From an uncultured Hyphomicrobiales bacterium (GTDB taxonomy: Bacteria; Pseudomonadota; Alphaproteobacteria; Rhizobiales; Xanthobacteraceae), in the NCBI GenBank assembly GCA_964453555.1, contig CAYVPC010000001.1:2340-66339 (forward strand): DNA of 64,000 nt. Reading direction: 5' to 3'. Every line of letters starts with the position of its first letter. The stretch's first letter is position 1. The notes under the pieces are model-generated. The model saw only the letters and a program-made list of their open reading frames with translations, was not told where the DNA came from and searched no databases. Made by a program: the position numbers and the translations under genes. Positions 1 through 8,192 of this stretch are shown piece by piece.

Positions 1-886
1 CTGTTGCGGTGATCGTGTGCTCTCTCAGCTCAATTGGCGCTATCACCGTATCAATCAGACGTTGCGCCAGACCCGCGGCCTGGTCCTTATTTTTGACGCC
101 CGTTTGGACGATGACAAACTCGTCACCTCCAAGCCGGGCCACGACGTCGCCGGTGCGGATTACCTCCCGCAGACGTTCGGCGACCGTCTTGAGCAAGAAG
201 TCTCCGCCGTCGTGCCCATGCGTATCATTGACGTTCTTGAAGCGATCGAGGTCGATGAAATGCACGGCGACGCCTTGCTGCGATCCTGCGCCGGCAAGTG
301 CGTCGTTCAGCTTTTCGATCAGCTGCGTGCGATTGGCGAGGCCGGTGAGCGCATCGTGGTGCGCCATGTAGGCGATCTGCTCTTGAGCCTTCCGCCATTC
401 GGTAATGTCGTCGAAGGTCGAGACCCAGCCACCGCCCGATTGTATTGGCTGATCGTTGATGCGAAGCGTCCGCCCCGCAGATGTCTTGAAGATCTTGGTA
501 CTCGGTTTGCCCTCGCGCGCATCCGCGAGCACGCCCGCGAAAACTTGCTTCGCGTCGCTGGCGTCCGCTCCGACCGAATTCCGGTATTTGATCAGGAGAT
601 CGAGCAGCGACAAGCCCTTAAGCGAGGGTGTTGATAAACCCATCATCGCGGCATAGCGGTCGTTGCACAGCACAATGCGGCCATCGGCGTCGAACATGCA
701 AAGGCCCTGCGACATGGTCTCAAGCGCAGTGTCGAGCAGGATTTTCTGCTGCCGCAGCCTTTGCTTCGAGCGCTGATCGATCAATGCCACAGCGGCGACC
801 TTGCTTGCCAACAAACAGACAACGCCGGCAAGCGCAACGAGCGGCCAGTGGTGATCGGCCGTCAGGTAGGTATAGGCTTGTAACAT
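1..886 (-). CDS. PAS-GGDEF diguanylate cyclase, N-terminal part (C-terminus runs off the left edge)
   Basis: My own minus-strand translation from ATG 886 gives MLQAYTYLTADHHWPLVALAGVVCLL (TM), LETMSQGLCMFDADGRIVLCNDRY (PAS-like), AHHDALTGLANR, DLDRFKNVNDTHGHDGGD and RLGGDEFVIV (GGDEF signature). It is absent from the ORF track because there is no stop inside the window. Plus ORFs 9..371 and 17..634 are its shadows. Confidence 0.85.
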   Translation of the reverse strand, partial: MLQAYTYLTADHHWPLVALAGVVCLLASKVAAVALIDQRSKQRLRQQKILLDTALETMSQGLCMFDADGRIVLCNDRYAAMMGLSTPSLKGLSLLDLLIKYRNSVGADASDAKQVFAGVLADAREGKPSTKIFKTSAGRTLRINDQPIQSGGGWVSTFDDITEWRKAQEQIAYMAHHDALTGLANRTQLIEKLNDALAGAGSQQGVAVHFIDLDRFKNVNDTHGHDGGDFLLKTVAERLREVIRTGDVVARLGGDEFVIVQTGVKNKDQAAGLAQRLIDTVIAPIELREHTITAT

Positions 887-930
887 CGGACTTTTTAAGC
901 TTCCTCGGCCCGAATCCTGCGACAGGTCTC

Positions 931-1240
931 TTATTTGTTGGATAACGACACGTTGTTCCGCTGTTCATGGGTAACAAATTGCGTATTGAATGATTCAAAC
1001 TCATGAGACGAGACGGAATTGTCGCCGTAGCCAGCCCAATAGGGCTCGCGCAATGTACGCTTGAGCAGCTTGCCGCCGGCATGAAGGCGGCAATGAAGGC
1101 GTAAGCGGACGCCTCAAATCGTCCACGTCTGACAAACGCGGGAGCGGTATCCAATGGGTGCCGCTCTTCACGTTCAAGTGCCCTGAAATCCCTGTGGCCG
1201 AAGCGAAAATCACGGAATGTCCGTTGATGACCCACAACGG
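931..1240 (-). pseudogene. Decayed C-terminal remnant of an AMP-dependent acyl-CoA synthetase/ligase (several frameshifts)
   Basis: Minus-strand frames give ...PRLSDVDDLRRPLT... and then, in another frame, GGKLLKRTLREPYWAG...stop(931..933). This resembles the conserved FVDxLPxTxxGKxLKRxLR C-terminus of adenylate-forming enzymes. There is no intact ORF. Confidence 0.3.
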
Positions 1241-1347
1241 AAGTTGTGGTGCAGAAATTCTGTTGGGTCATTCCCTTAGCCGACGTGCAGGCGTGACAAA
1301 TTAACGTCTGTTGTTAGGGGGAAAAGCAGACATCACAAATTGAAGTC

Positions 1348-1397
1348 GCAACGTCTGTTTATGGCCCATCTCCGACATGGAGTGTGCGTCGCAGCAG
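1348..1397 (+). repeat. Short dispersed intergenic repeat, copy 1 (core cccatctcSgaMRtggagYgtgcRtcgcagcag)
   Basis: Direct alignment to 3487..3534 matches 29 of 34 positions in the core. Partial copies lie at 4221..4252 and 36644..36679. Confidence 0.6.
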
Positions 1398-1776
1398 TAG
1401 CATCGCCTCTGACCAGCTTCTGGCAGCTGGCGGGCAGGAGAGCGAGGTCGAGGGAGCGACCCCCGACCTCTCAGCCTAACGATGGGCGACGCGAGCTATT
1501 TGATAGCAATACGGGGGGCGACCCTGAGCATCAAGGTTCGACACACCCGGTTGGTTAAGCGTAGCGGATATAAGCGGCTGGCCAATGAATGATAGGGCCG
1601 GCGACGTTACTTACCGGAAAATGTAGGCGAGACGCTGCTCAGAAAAGTGCAACTATTTGAATCGTCTTTCGAGCAATCTGTCGGCAGTCGGATTTTATCC
1701 CCGTGTTTTTTGGATTTGCCCAGGCTTCCGCTTTCCGAGCAGAGCGGACATCGCGGGGCTGCGCGCGTCGGCTCAC

Positions 1777-1798
1777 TCCGACCTACGTAGAGGTCGGA
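1777..1798 (-). terminator. Hairpin overlapping the stop codon of the lysine-rich small ORF
   Basis: tccgacct / acgtag / aggtcgga: perfect 8-bp stem with a 6-nt loop. No clear U-tract follows, so terminator function is uncertain. Confidence 0.25.
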
Positions 1799-1917
1799 CT
1801 GTTGAGCGGAATATCCGATCTATCTACCTTCGTGCCTTTCTTATCCGCTTTCTTCATCACCTTCTTAAGTTTTTTCAGCTTCTTTTTTTTCTTTTTTTCC
1901 TCTTTCTTCTTGCCCAT
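1783..1917 (-). CDS. Small lysine-rich protein (44 aa, 18 Lys)
   Basis: The internal ATG of track ORF 1783..2037 gives MGKKKEEKKKKKKLKKLKKVMKKADKKGTKVDRSDIPLNSPTST. A GGGGA lies about 10 nt upstream, and the ORF sits in an A-rich island within a GC-rich genome. It is immediately downstream of the desaturase on the same strand. No homolog recognised. Confidence 0.3.
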   Translation of the reverse strand: MGKKKEEKKKKKKLKKLKKVMKKADKKGTKVDRSDIPLNSPTST

Positions 1918-2033
1918 GTTTTTTCGTTCCCCGTCATTTAAGATATGGCCGAATCCAAAAGCTATTCCTGACCGTCCAAACATAGCATCTTCGGGCGACC
2001 GTTGTTCCGCAGCTTCCCGCAGACAGCTCTCAG

Positions 2034-3215
2034 TCAAGCTATATGACGGCCTGAATGGGAGGAAGCGGTTCGCGGCAGTTCTTGGCCCTTCGCTGGACGC
2101 AGCGCGACGCGCCGCGCGCCAATCACTGATGAATTTTCCAGTCCCAGATACAAAAACCAGTGAGCAGTGTTCGCCCTAGCCAGGGCATCACGCTGACGAA
2201 CCTCATGGAAAGAGACGAGTCGCTGCTGATCTTCGTCCCAGAGCACCAGCCGCGCACATCTGAAACTCTGGCCTAACGTAAGTCGACCGATGACGCCCAG
2301 TTTCGGGTAATCTCGCAGCACGAGTGGCAGTCGGTAGTAAGGTATCCGACTACACAGATGATGGACGTGATGAACACCAATATTGGCGGTGAACCAGCGC
2401 AGGACGCCCGGTAGATCATAATACGAGCTACCGTGAAGCGCCACTTCGTGCAGGTCCCAAAGGCTGTCAGGAGCCCATTCGGTACCCTCGAATTGGTGCT
2501 GGACGTAGAACAGCCAGACACCGACCGAAGCCGCCAGGAGAATGATCGGTAACTGCACGAGCAGGAACGGAAGGACGCCGACCAGCCATATCATGGTGAC
2601 TACGATAGCCGCGATGGCTGCGTTAGTGGCCATGGCGCTGAGCCAGGGCTGCCAACCAGCACGCATGAGACCGACTGGCAGCCGGTGCTGAATGATGAAC
2701 AAAAATGCCGGGCCCAAACCGAACATGGTGATCGGGTGTCGATAAATGCGATAGCCAAGTTGACGCCATCGGGACAGCGCGAGGTACTCCCGCACCGTCA
2801 GCGTGTCGATGTCCCCGGTTCCGCGGCGATCGAGATTGCCAGAAGTCGCGTGGTGAACGGCGTGAGTGCGTCGCCAGAAGTCGTAAGGCGTTAGCGTGAA
2901 TACACTGATCGTACGTCCGATCCAATCGTTTGCGAGACGACGATGGAAGAAGGCGCCATGACCGCAATCATGCTGGATCATAAATAGCCGCACGAGAAAG
3001 CCTGCAGCCGGCACGGCGAGCAACAGGCAGACCCAGTAACCGAGATCAAGGGCTGCCCACATTAGAAACCAGAGCAGTACAAACGGCCCGGCTGTGATGA
3101 CGAGCTCAATAATGCTGCGCGCGGGGCTCGGTGAGCGATAGCGGGCGAGGATTTGTGTCCATCCGTGGGCTTCGGACGGGCATGTGACTAACTCAGCGTT
3201 TTGGTTCTTCAACAT
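2034..3215 (-). CDS. Membrane fatty-acid desaturase (three His boxes)
   Basis: 393-aa ORF with ATG start, His boxes HDCGH, HAVHH and HHVHH, and several TM segments. Confidence 0.85.
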   Translation of the reverse strand: MLKNQNAELVTCPSEAHGWTQILARYRSPSPARSIIELVITAGPFVLLWFLMWAALDLGYWVCLLLAVPAAGFLVRLFMIQHDCGHGAFFHRRLANDWIGRTISVFTLTPYDFWRRTHAVHHATSGNLDRRGTGDIDTLTVREYLALSRWRQLGYRIYRHPITMFGLGPAFLFIIQHRLPVGLMRAGWQPWLSAMATNAAIAAIVVTMIWLVGVLPFLLVQLPIILLAASVGVWLFYVQHQFEGTEWAPDSLWDLHEVALHGSSYYDLPGVLRWFTANIGVHHVHHLCSRIPYYRLPLVLRDYPKLGVIGRLTLGQSFRCARLVLWDEDQQRLVSFHEVRQRDALARANTAHWFLYLGLENSSVIGARRVALRPAKGQELPRTASSHSGRHIA

Positions 3216-3486
3216 CGTCTTTATATCGGCGTGGCCAAGCGGGGTTCTTGCTTCAAAAAGGTCCAGCCGTGGCTGAACTCAGCTCAGGCATTTATTTTCG
3301 ACAGCATCGATTCCTACGCTTGGCGGTGTCTGAGCAAAATTGCTCACTCTGAAGCGACGGTACCGACTGCTACCGGTAGAAATTGAATTGGACGGGATGT
3401 CCGCAACCGGCCCGTTGCGTCAGATATTGCGGCGCGCGCGAATGTCGGCTTCCGGGGGTAAAGCTGCCGTGACATAGCCATCCTGC

Positions 3487-3534
3487 GATGTCGCAGTTTG
3501 ACCCATCTCGGAAGTGGAGCGTGCATCGCAGCAG
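3487..3534 (+). repeat. Short dispersed intergenic repeat, copy 2
   Basis: gatgtcgcagtttgacccatctcggaagtggagcgtgcatcgcagcag aligns with 1348..1397 and 36644..36679. Confidence 0.6.
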
Positions 3535-3659
3535 CCCCAAATCCAGCTAAATTCAAAGTGCAATGCGGATCCGAAGGGGAAGACCCAAATCGGTACTGCT
3601 GCCGGATAAGCTAATGATCCGGCGCATCACAAGATTCCGGCGTCGTCGTAGTCTATTGG

Positions 3660-4013
3660 TTAGTACACAAATTTCTCGTGCACTACTTTTCCGTTCGACC
3701 ACTCCTGAATGGCGACCTCACTCATTTTAAGCGTTCCCCAGTCGGCATGATCGGCATCGATGCGATAAACAATGAACGCCTTGTTGCCCGAAATAACGTA
3801 CCCATCACAAGCGTAGGTCCGCACCGCCTTAATCTTAGAAAGAAAATCTACCTCGAAGGCGCGACAGGCTGCCTTACCAACTCGGGGCGGTTGCTCGTTT
3901 TCCTGCATGGTTACGTCGTCGGCATAGTATCGGTCGAAAGCATCCAGCGCTTTGCCGCCAACGACCTTAGCTATCAAATCCTCAACTGCAGCTTTAAAGC
4001 TCTCCGCGTTCAT
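3660..4013 (-). CDS. SnoaL/NTF2-like small protein
   Basis: 117-aa ORF whose size and alpha+beta pattern (…FDRYYADDVTMQENEQP…GTLKMSEVAIQEWSNGKVVHEKFVY) are typical of SnoaL-like cyclase/ketosteroid-isomerase-fold proteins. Confidence 0.65.
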   Translation of the reverse strand: MNAESFKAAVEDLIAKVVGGKALDAFDRYYADDVTMQENEQPPRVGKAACRAFEVDFLSKIKAVRTYACDGYVISGNKAFIVYRIDADHADWGTLKMSEVAIQEWSNGKVVHEKFVY

Positions 4014-4220
4014 CGAATTCTCCCATCAGCGTCGGCTAAACATTATCATGGTGACTTTATCCCGCCGGACAATAAGGCACCTTTTTGTGCCTGCTCCCAG
4101 GCAACGAAGAATTTTCAAACTCGTTTTAGGGAGGATTTCTCGACGAACAGGAGGGTTTTCTTGTTTTCGCGAGCGATGTCTGGTTGTTGGAGTAAAACAG
4201 ACATCACCATTCGATCGCGC

Positions 4221-4252
4221 CATGTCAGCTCGTGACCCTGAGCGGACATGCC
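4221..4252 (+). repeat. Short dispersed intergenic repeat, partial copy 3
   Basis: catgtcagctcgtgaccctgagcggacatgcc aligns with gatgtcagtttttgacccttagcggacattct at 36644. Confidence 0.45.
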
Positions 4253-4301
4253 GCGCGCTTATCGCTATGCTCGCACAAAAGGGCGATTAGGCGGTGCCAC
4301 T

Positions 4302-5174
4302 ATGAATTTCTTTCCGGGCTTTCAACGCCAGACGGTTCAAACCAGCGGCACAAGCATCAATGTATTAGCTGGCGGCAGTGGTCCACCCGTTTTACTGCTG
4401 CATGGCTATCCACAAACGCATCTCGAGTGGCGAAAGATCGTCCCGGAACTCGCCAAGAGCTACACGCTGGTAGTTCCCGACCTTCGCGGATACGGCGATA
4501 GCGGCAAGCCGACCGGCGGAGACAACCACGTCAACTATTCGAAGCGAGCTATGGCCTTGGACCAGGTCGAAGTCATGGAAAAACTCGGTTTCAAACAGTT
4601 CGCCGTGGTCAGTCATGATCGAGGCGCCCGGGTGGCTCATCGTCTGGCGCTCGATCATTCAGACAGGCTTATCAAGGTCGTCCTGATGGACATCTGCCCC
4701 ACGCATTATATGTACAAAACAGCGGACCGGCAGCTTGCATCCTCTTACTTCCACTGGTTCTTCCTCATCCAGCCGGCGCCCTTTCCGGAGACGCTCATCG
4801 GCAACAACGTCGATGCGGTGCTCAAGCAGTTCATGGGTCCGGTGATGCCTCAATCTATCGAGCCGGAGGCCTATGCCGAATATCGCCGGTGTTTCAGTGA
4901 TCCGGCCACCATTCACGCCTCATGCGAAGATTATCGCGCCGCCGCAACCATCGATCTTGTCCACGACGAGGCCGACATGGACCGGAAAATCGCGTGTCCG
5001 GTGCTGGTGCTTTGGGGCGCCAACGGAATCGTGGGGAAGAAATACGATGTGCTCGCGGTTTGGCGGGAGCGCGCGACGGAAGTATCGGGCAAGTCGCTCC
5101 CTTACGGCCATTGGCTTGCGGAAGAAGCGCCTGGAGAGGTGCTGGCGGAAGTCAGGCGATTTCTGACGGCATAA
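4302..5174 (+). CDS. Alpha/beta hydrolase of the haloacetate (fluoroacetate) dehalogenase / epoxide-hydrolase-like family
   Basis: Internal ATG (MNFFPGF...). Motifs LLLHGYPQTH, PDLRGYGDS, nucleophile-elbow region VSHDRGARVAHR, CEDYRAA and GHWLAEE. Collinear with the RPA1163/FAc-DEX type as I remember it. Confidence 0.8.
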   Translation: MNFFPGFQRQTVQTSGTSINVLAGGSGPPVLLLHGYPQTHLEWRKIVPELAKSYTLVVPDLRGYGDSGKPTGGDNHVNYSKRAMALDQVEVMEKLGFKQFAVVSHDRGARVAHRLALDHSDRLIKVVLMDICPTHYMYKTADRQLASSYFHWFFLIQPAPFPETLIGNNVDAVLKQFMGPVMPQSIEPEAYAEYRRCFSDPATIHASCEDYRAAATIDLVHDEADMDRKIACPVLVLWGANGIVGKKYDVLAVWRERATEVSGKSLPYGHWLAEEAPGEVLAEVRRFLTA

Positions 5175-5599
5175 CAACACTTGCTAGGTAGGAGCGCGGA
5201 AGTGGTCGCGTATGCGCCAAACCCGACATCGACCAACGTCCGTTATTGGTCCGCTCTCGGAGCCAAAGCGGACATTTTTGATGATGGGACCGACCGATTT
5301 TCTGAATGTTGTTTTTAGCAGCTCTTCCGAAGGGCGATGAGCGGAGAGTCGTACCCCTGTCGTACCTACGTCGTTCCGGTCAACCGAAGACATTCTTTGA
5401 CCGCGGCAGCTCGGCGCTGGTCGATATAGGCGGCAAGGTCGACGAGGTGTACGCCGCGTTGGGGCCTTCTGGCTTGTCTCGATCCGCAGGATGGGCAGGG
5501 CGATATCACCGCAAAGGGCCTTGCGGATAAGCTTCTCGACGGTGAGATGGAGAGTGAAATAAGCTGGCTTGAAAATACTGCCTCAATAGGGCGTATAAC

Positions 5600-5723
5600 G
5601 CCGCTGACGTTCGCTATTGATTGCTGCAATCCGGCGATTCTTCGTGGGTAGATTTGCGGGTGGGCAACAAGGCGGATTCGTAGTCGGTTGATATTCCTTC
5701 GGAATTTCTGCCTTTGTGCAGAG
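5600..5723 (+). repeat. Copy A of a ~125-nt repeat (copy B at 36424..36547)
   Basis: The first 77 nt match in 72 of 77 positions (gccgctgacgttcgcYattgatYgctgcaatccggcgattcttcgtgggtaRatttgcgggtgSgcaacaaRgcgga). About 47 nt follow at roughly 65-70 percent identity. Both copies have the same orientation. Confidence 0.8.
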
Positions 5724-5812
5724 GACCGCTCCGCCGGACGAATCCTTTCGTGGGCGGTCCGCGTAATCACACGTTGCGCGGTGTAGGCGAGCGCCTGCTG
5801 CCTAATCATATT

Positions 5813-6550
5813 CTACAGCGCTGTTCGGCTCACCTGGCCGCCTAGATAGCTCGCGAGGACATGCGGATCTTCGCGCAGCCGCGCCGGTTCCCCTTCGATG
5901 GTGATTCGGCCATTCTCCATGACGTAACCGTAATCCGCTATTCCGAGCGTACCGATTATGTCCTGCTCGACGATCAGAACCGAGTGTCCCTCGTCGCGGA
6001 TCCTTACGATCGCGGCGAAAACCTGCTTTGCGATCTGCGGAGCCAAACCAAGGCTCGGCTCGTCGAGCAGAAGCAGAGTCGGTTCCGACATCAGGCTTCG
6101 TGCCAGCGCCAGCATTTGCTGCTCGCCGCCCGACAGCGCCCCTGCGGCTTGGCCGCGGCGTTCGCGCAGCCGCGGGAACATCTCGTACATCCTCTCCGTG
6201 CGGGCAACGCGACCCGCCCTGGCACGACCCGTATAAGCTCCAAGGCGAAGATTTTCGGCAACAGAAAGGTCAGGAAAGACCAAGCGTCCCTCCGGCACCA
6301 GCGAAATGCCGGCGGCTACTCGTTCGGCAGGGTCCAGTTTGTGGAGTGATTGCCCGGAATACACCAGAGTGCCGCTGCGCAAAGGCACCACGCCCGCAAT
6401 CGTGCGCATCAGCGTAGTTTTGCCGGCACCATTGCTTCCCAATAGAGCAGTGATTGTGCCGGCTTGCACCGCGATCGTCACGCCACGCAGTACCTCGACG
6501 TCGCCGTAGCCCGCTACCACGTCACGGCATTCGAACAGAACGTCACTCAT
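5813..6550 (-). CDS. livF: Branched-chain amino acid ABC transporter ATP-binding protein
   Basis: Walker A GSNGAGKTT, signature LSGGEQQ, Walker B LLLLDEPS. ATGA overlap with the upstream gene. Confidence 0.9.
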   Translation of the reverse strand: MSDVLFECRDVVAGYGDVEVLRGVTIAVQAGTITALLGSNGAGKTTLMRTIAGVVPLRSGTLVYSGQSLHKLDPAERVAAGISLVPEGRLVFPDLSVAENLRLGAYTGRARAGRVARTERMYEMFPRLRERRGQAAGALSGGEQQMLALARSLMSEPTLLLLDEPSLGLAPQIAKQVFAAIVRIRDEGHSVLIVEQDIIGTLGIADYGYVMENGRITIEGEPARLREDPHVLASYLGGQVSRTAL

Positions 6551-7278
6551 TGTGCCGCCGTCCCGAGATAGGCGCTCACGGTACGCGGATCGCTGGCGAC
6601 TTCGCTCGGCGTCCCCTCTGCGATCTTCTGGCCGTGGTGAAGCACAATGATTCTTTGGCTCAGTGCCATCAACGCACGCGTGACGTGCTCGATCATAACG
6701 ATCGTCAGCTTTTCGGAAGCATGGAAGTGGCGGACGATTTCCGCCGACGCCTCCGCTTCCGCCGGCGTTAGTCCGGCTAGGACCTCGTCGAGCAAAAGCA
6801 GTCGCGGTTCGGTCGCAAGGCTTCGCGCGATCTCGAGGCGTTTACGGCCAGCTAGGGTCAAATGCTTGGCCAAAAGCTGGGCCCGGTCGGAAAGTCCGAG
6901 CCGGTTGAGGATCTCTTTCGCCTTGGCTTCGGCTACCGACGCCGAGCGCTCACGGCGTCGCCCGTAAAGCACGCCGAGCGTGACGTTCTCGAGCACCGTC
7001 ATGTTGCCGAAGGGACGCACGATCTGAAAAGTGCGGGCGACGCCTCGCCGACTTATTTCGTCGGGGCGAAGACCATCAATCCTTTGACCGTCGAAGGTGA
7101 CGGAGCCGTCATTGGCGCGCAAATTTCCGGCGATAATGCTGAACAAGGTGGTCTTGCCGGCACCGTTCGCCCCCATGATGCCGACAAACTCGCCTTCATT
7201 GACGACGAAGGAAATATGATCGAGCGCGACGACGCCGGCGAACGATTTCACGACGGCATTGATGTCCAGCAACGTCAT
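6547..7278 (-). CDS. livG: Branched-chain amino acid ABC transporter ATP-binding protein
   Basis: Start trimmed to the internal ATG (MTLLDINAVVKSF), which forms an ATGA overlap with the livM stop. Motifs GANGAGKTT and LLLLDEV. Confidence 0.9.
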   Translation of the reverse strand: MTLLDINAVVKSFAGVVALDHISFVVNEGEFVGIMGANGAGKTTLFSIIAGNLRANDGSVTFDGQRIDGLRPDEISRRGVARTFQIVRPFGNMTVLENVTLGVLYGRRRERSASVAEAKAKEILNRLGLSDRAQLLAKHLTLAGRKRLEIARSLATEPRLLLLDEVLAGLTPAEAEASAEIVRHFHASEKLTIVMIEHVTRALMALSQRIIVLHHGQKIAEGTPSEVASDPRTVSAYLGTAAQ

Positions 7279-8192
7279 CGCGGAGCCGCCGCGATCAAGT
7301 GCTGCAGTCTTCCGTAGATCCCGCCGGGTAGCCAAACGACGACGGCGACCAGCAGAGCTCCGACGACAATCATGTAAAGTTGCGGCAAATTGCTCCAAAG
7401 CGCCTCTTGCAGCAGGACCAGGAAGGCGACGCCCAGAAGCGGGCCTAGGGGTCGGTCACTGCCGCCGATCACGGCCATCGTAACGATGAGAACCGACGTT
7501 TGTGGATTGAAGATTTCGAGCGGCGTGAAATAGGTCGAGCGCATGATCATCAGGGCGCCGGTCATGCCCGGTATGATCGACGACAGAACAAACGCCGCCG
7601 CCTTGAAGCGGCCGGTGGCGATGCCGATCGTCTCGGCCGCCTCCTCGTTGTCCCGAATGGCTCGCAGCCCAGCGCCGAAACGGGATTCCCTGACCGCGAG
7701 CGCAATCATGACGCTCGCCCATCCCAAGCCGAGCGCAATCAGGTACAGAGTTCCGACCGCGGGCGCGCCGAACAGCACTCGCCCTGACACGGTCAAAGCG
7801 GACTCGATGTTGATGACGATGTATTTGACCAACTCGGAGAGGCCGAATGTCAGGATGACGAAATAGGGCCCGCGCACGCGCAGGCAGGGATATCCCACCA
7901 GTGTGGCCAAAACCGCCGCGGCCAGACCGGCCAGAGGCAGAATGGCCCAGATCGGCAACATCGACCAGGTGGTCGCTGCGACATAGGCGCCGATGCCGAC
8001 GAAGACGACGTGACCGAGCGATATGTAGCCAGTCATTCCGGATATAACGATCCAGCTCTCGGTCAGCGCGATCCAGACCAGAAGCGTGAAGCCGACGCCG
8101 ACGAAATAGTCATTGGCGGCGGACGGCAGCGCGATAGCCAGAAAAGCCGCTGCTGTGACAAACCCGGCCACACGCGCGACTCGTCCCGTCAT
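7275..8192 (-). CDS. livM: Branched-chain amino acid ABC transporter permease
   Basis: Start trimmed to the internal ATG (MTGRVARVAGF...), which overlaps the livH stop (ATGA). The product is polytopic and hydrophobic. The first 139 aa of the track ORF are out-of-context read-through. Confidence 0.85.
   Translation of the reverse strand: MTGRVARVAGFVTAAAFLAIALPSAANDYFVGVGFTLLVWIALTESWIVISGMTGYISLGHVVFVGIGAYVAATTWSMLPIWAILPLAGLAAAVLATLVGYPCLRVRGPYFVILTFGLSELVKYIVINIESALTVSGRVLFGAPAVGTLYLIALGLGWASVMIALAVRESRFGAGLRAIRDNEEAAETIGIATGRFKAAAFVLSSIIPGMTGALMIMRSTYFTPLEIFNPQTSVLIVTMAVIGGSDRPLGPLLGVAFLVLLQEALWSNLPQLYMIVVGALLVAVVVWLPGGIYGRLQHLIAAAPR

Noticed and set aside
1500-1560. ggttcgacacaccc stretch reminiscent of a tRNA T-arm
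   Set aside because: No acceptor stem, anticodon arm or D-arm could be folded around it. I recognised no tRNA anywhere in the window.
5184-5809. ORFs 5184..5393, 5306..5530 and 5366..5809 between the dehalogenase gene and livF
   Set aside because: They overlap one another in different frames, coincide with repeat copies (agcggacat word, 125-nt repeat A) and have no motifs. The region is better described as decayed or repeat DNA.
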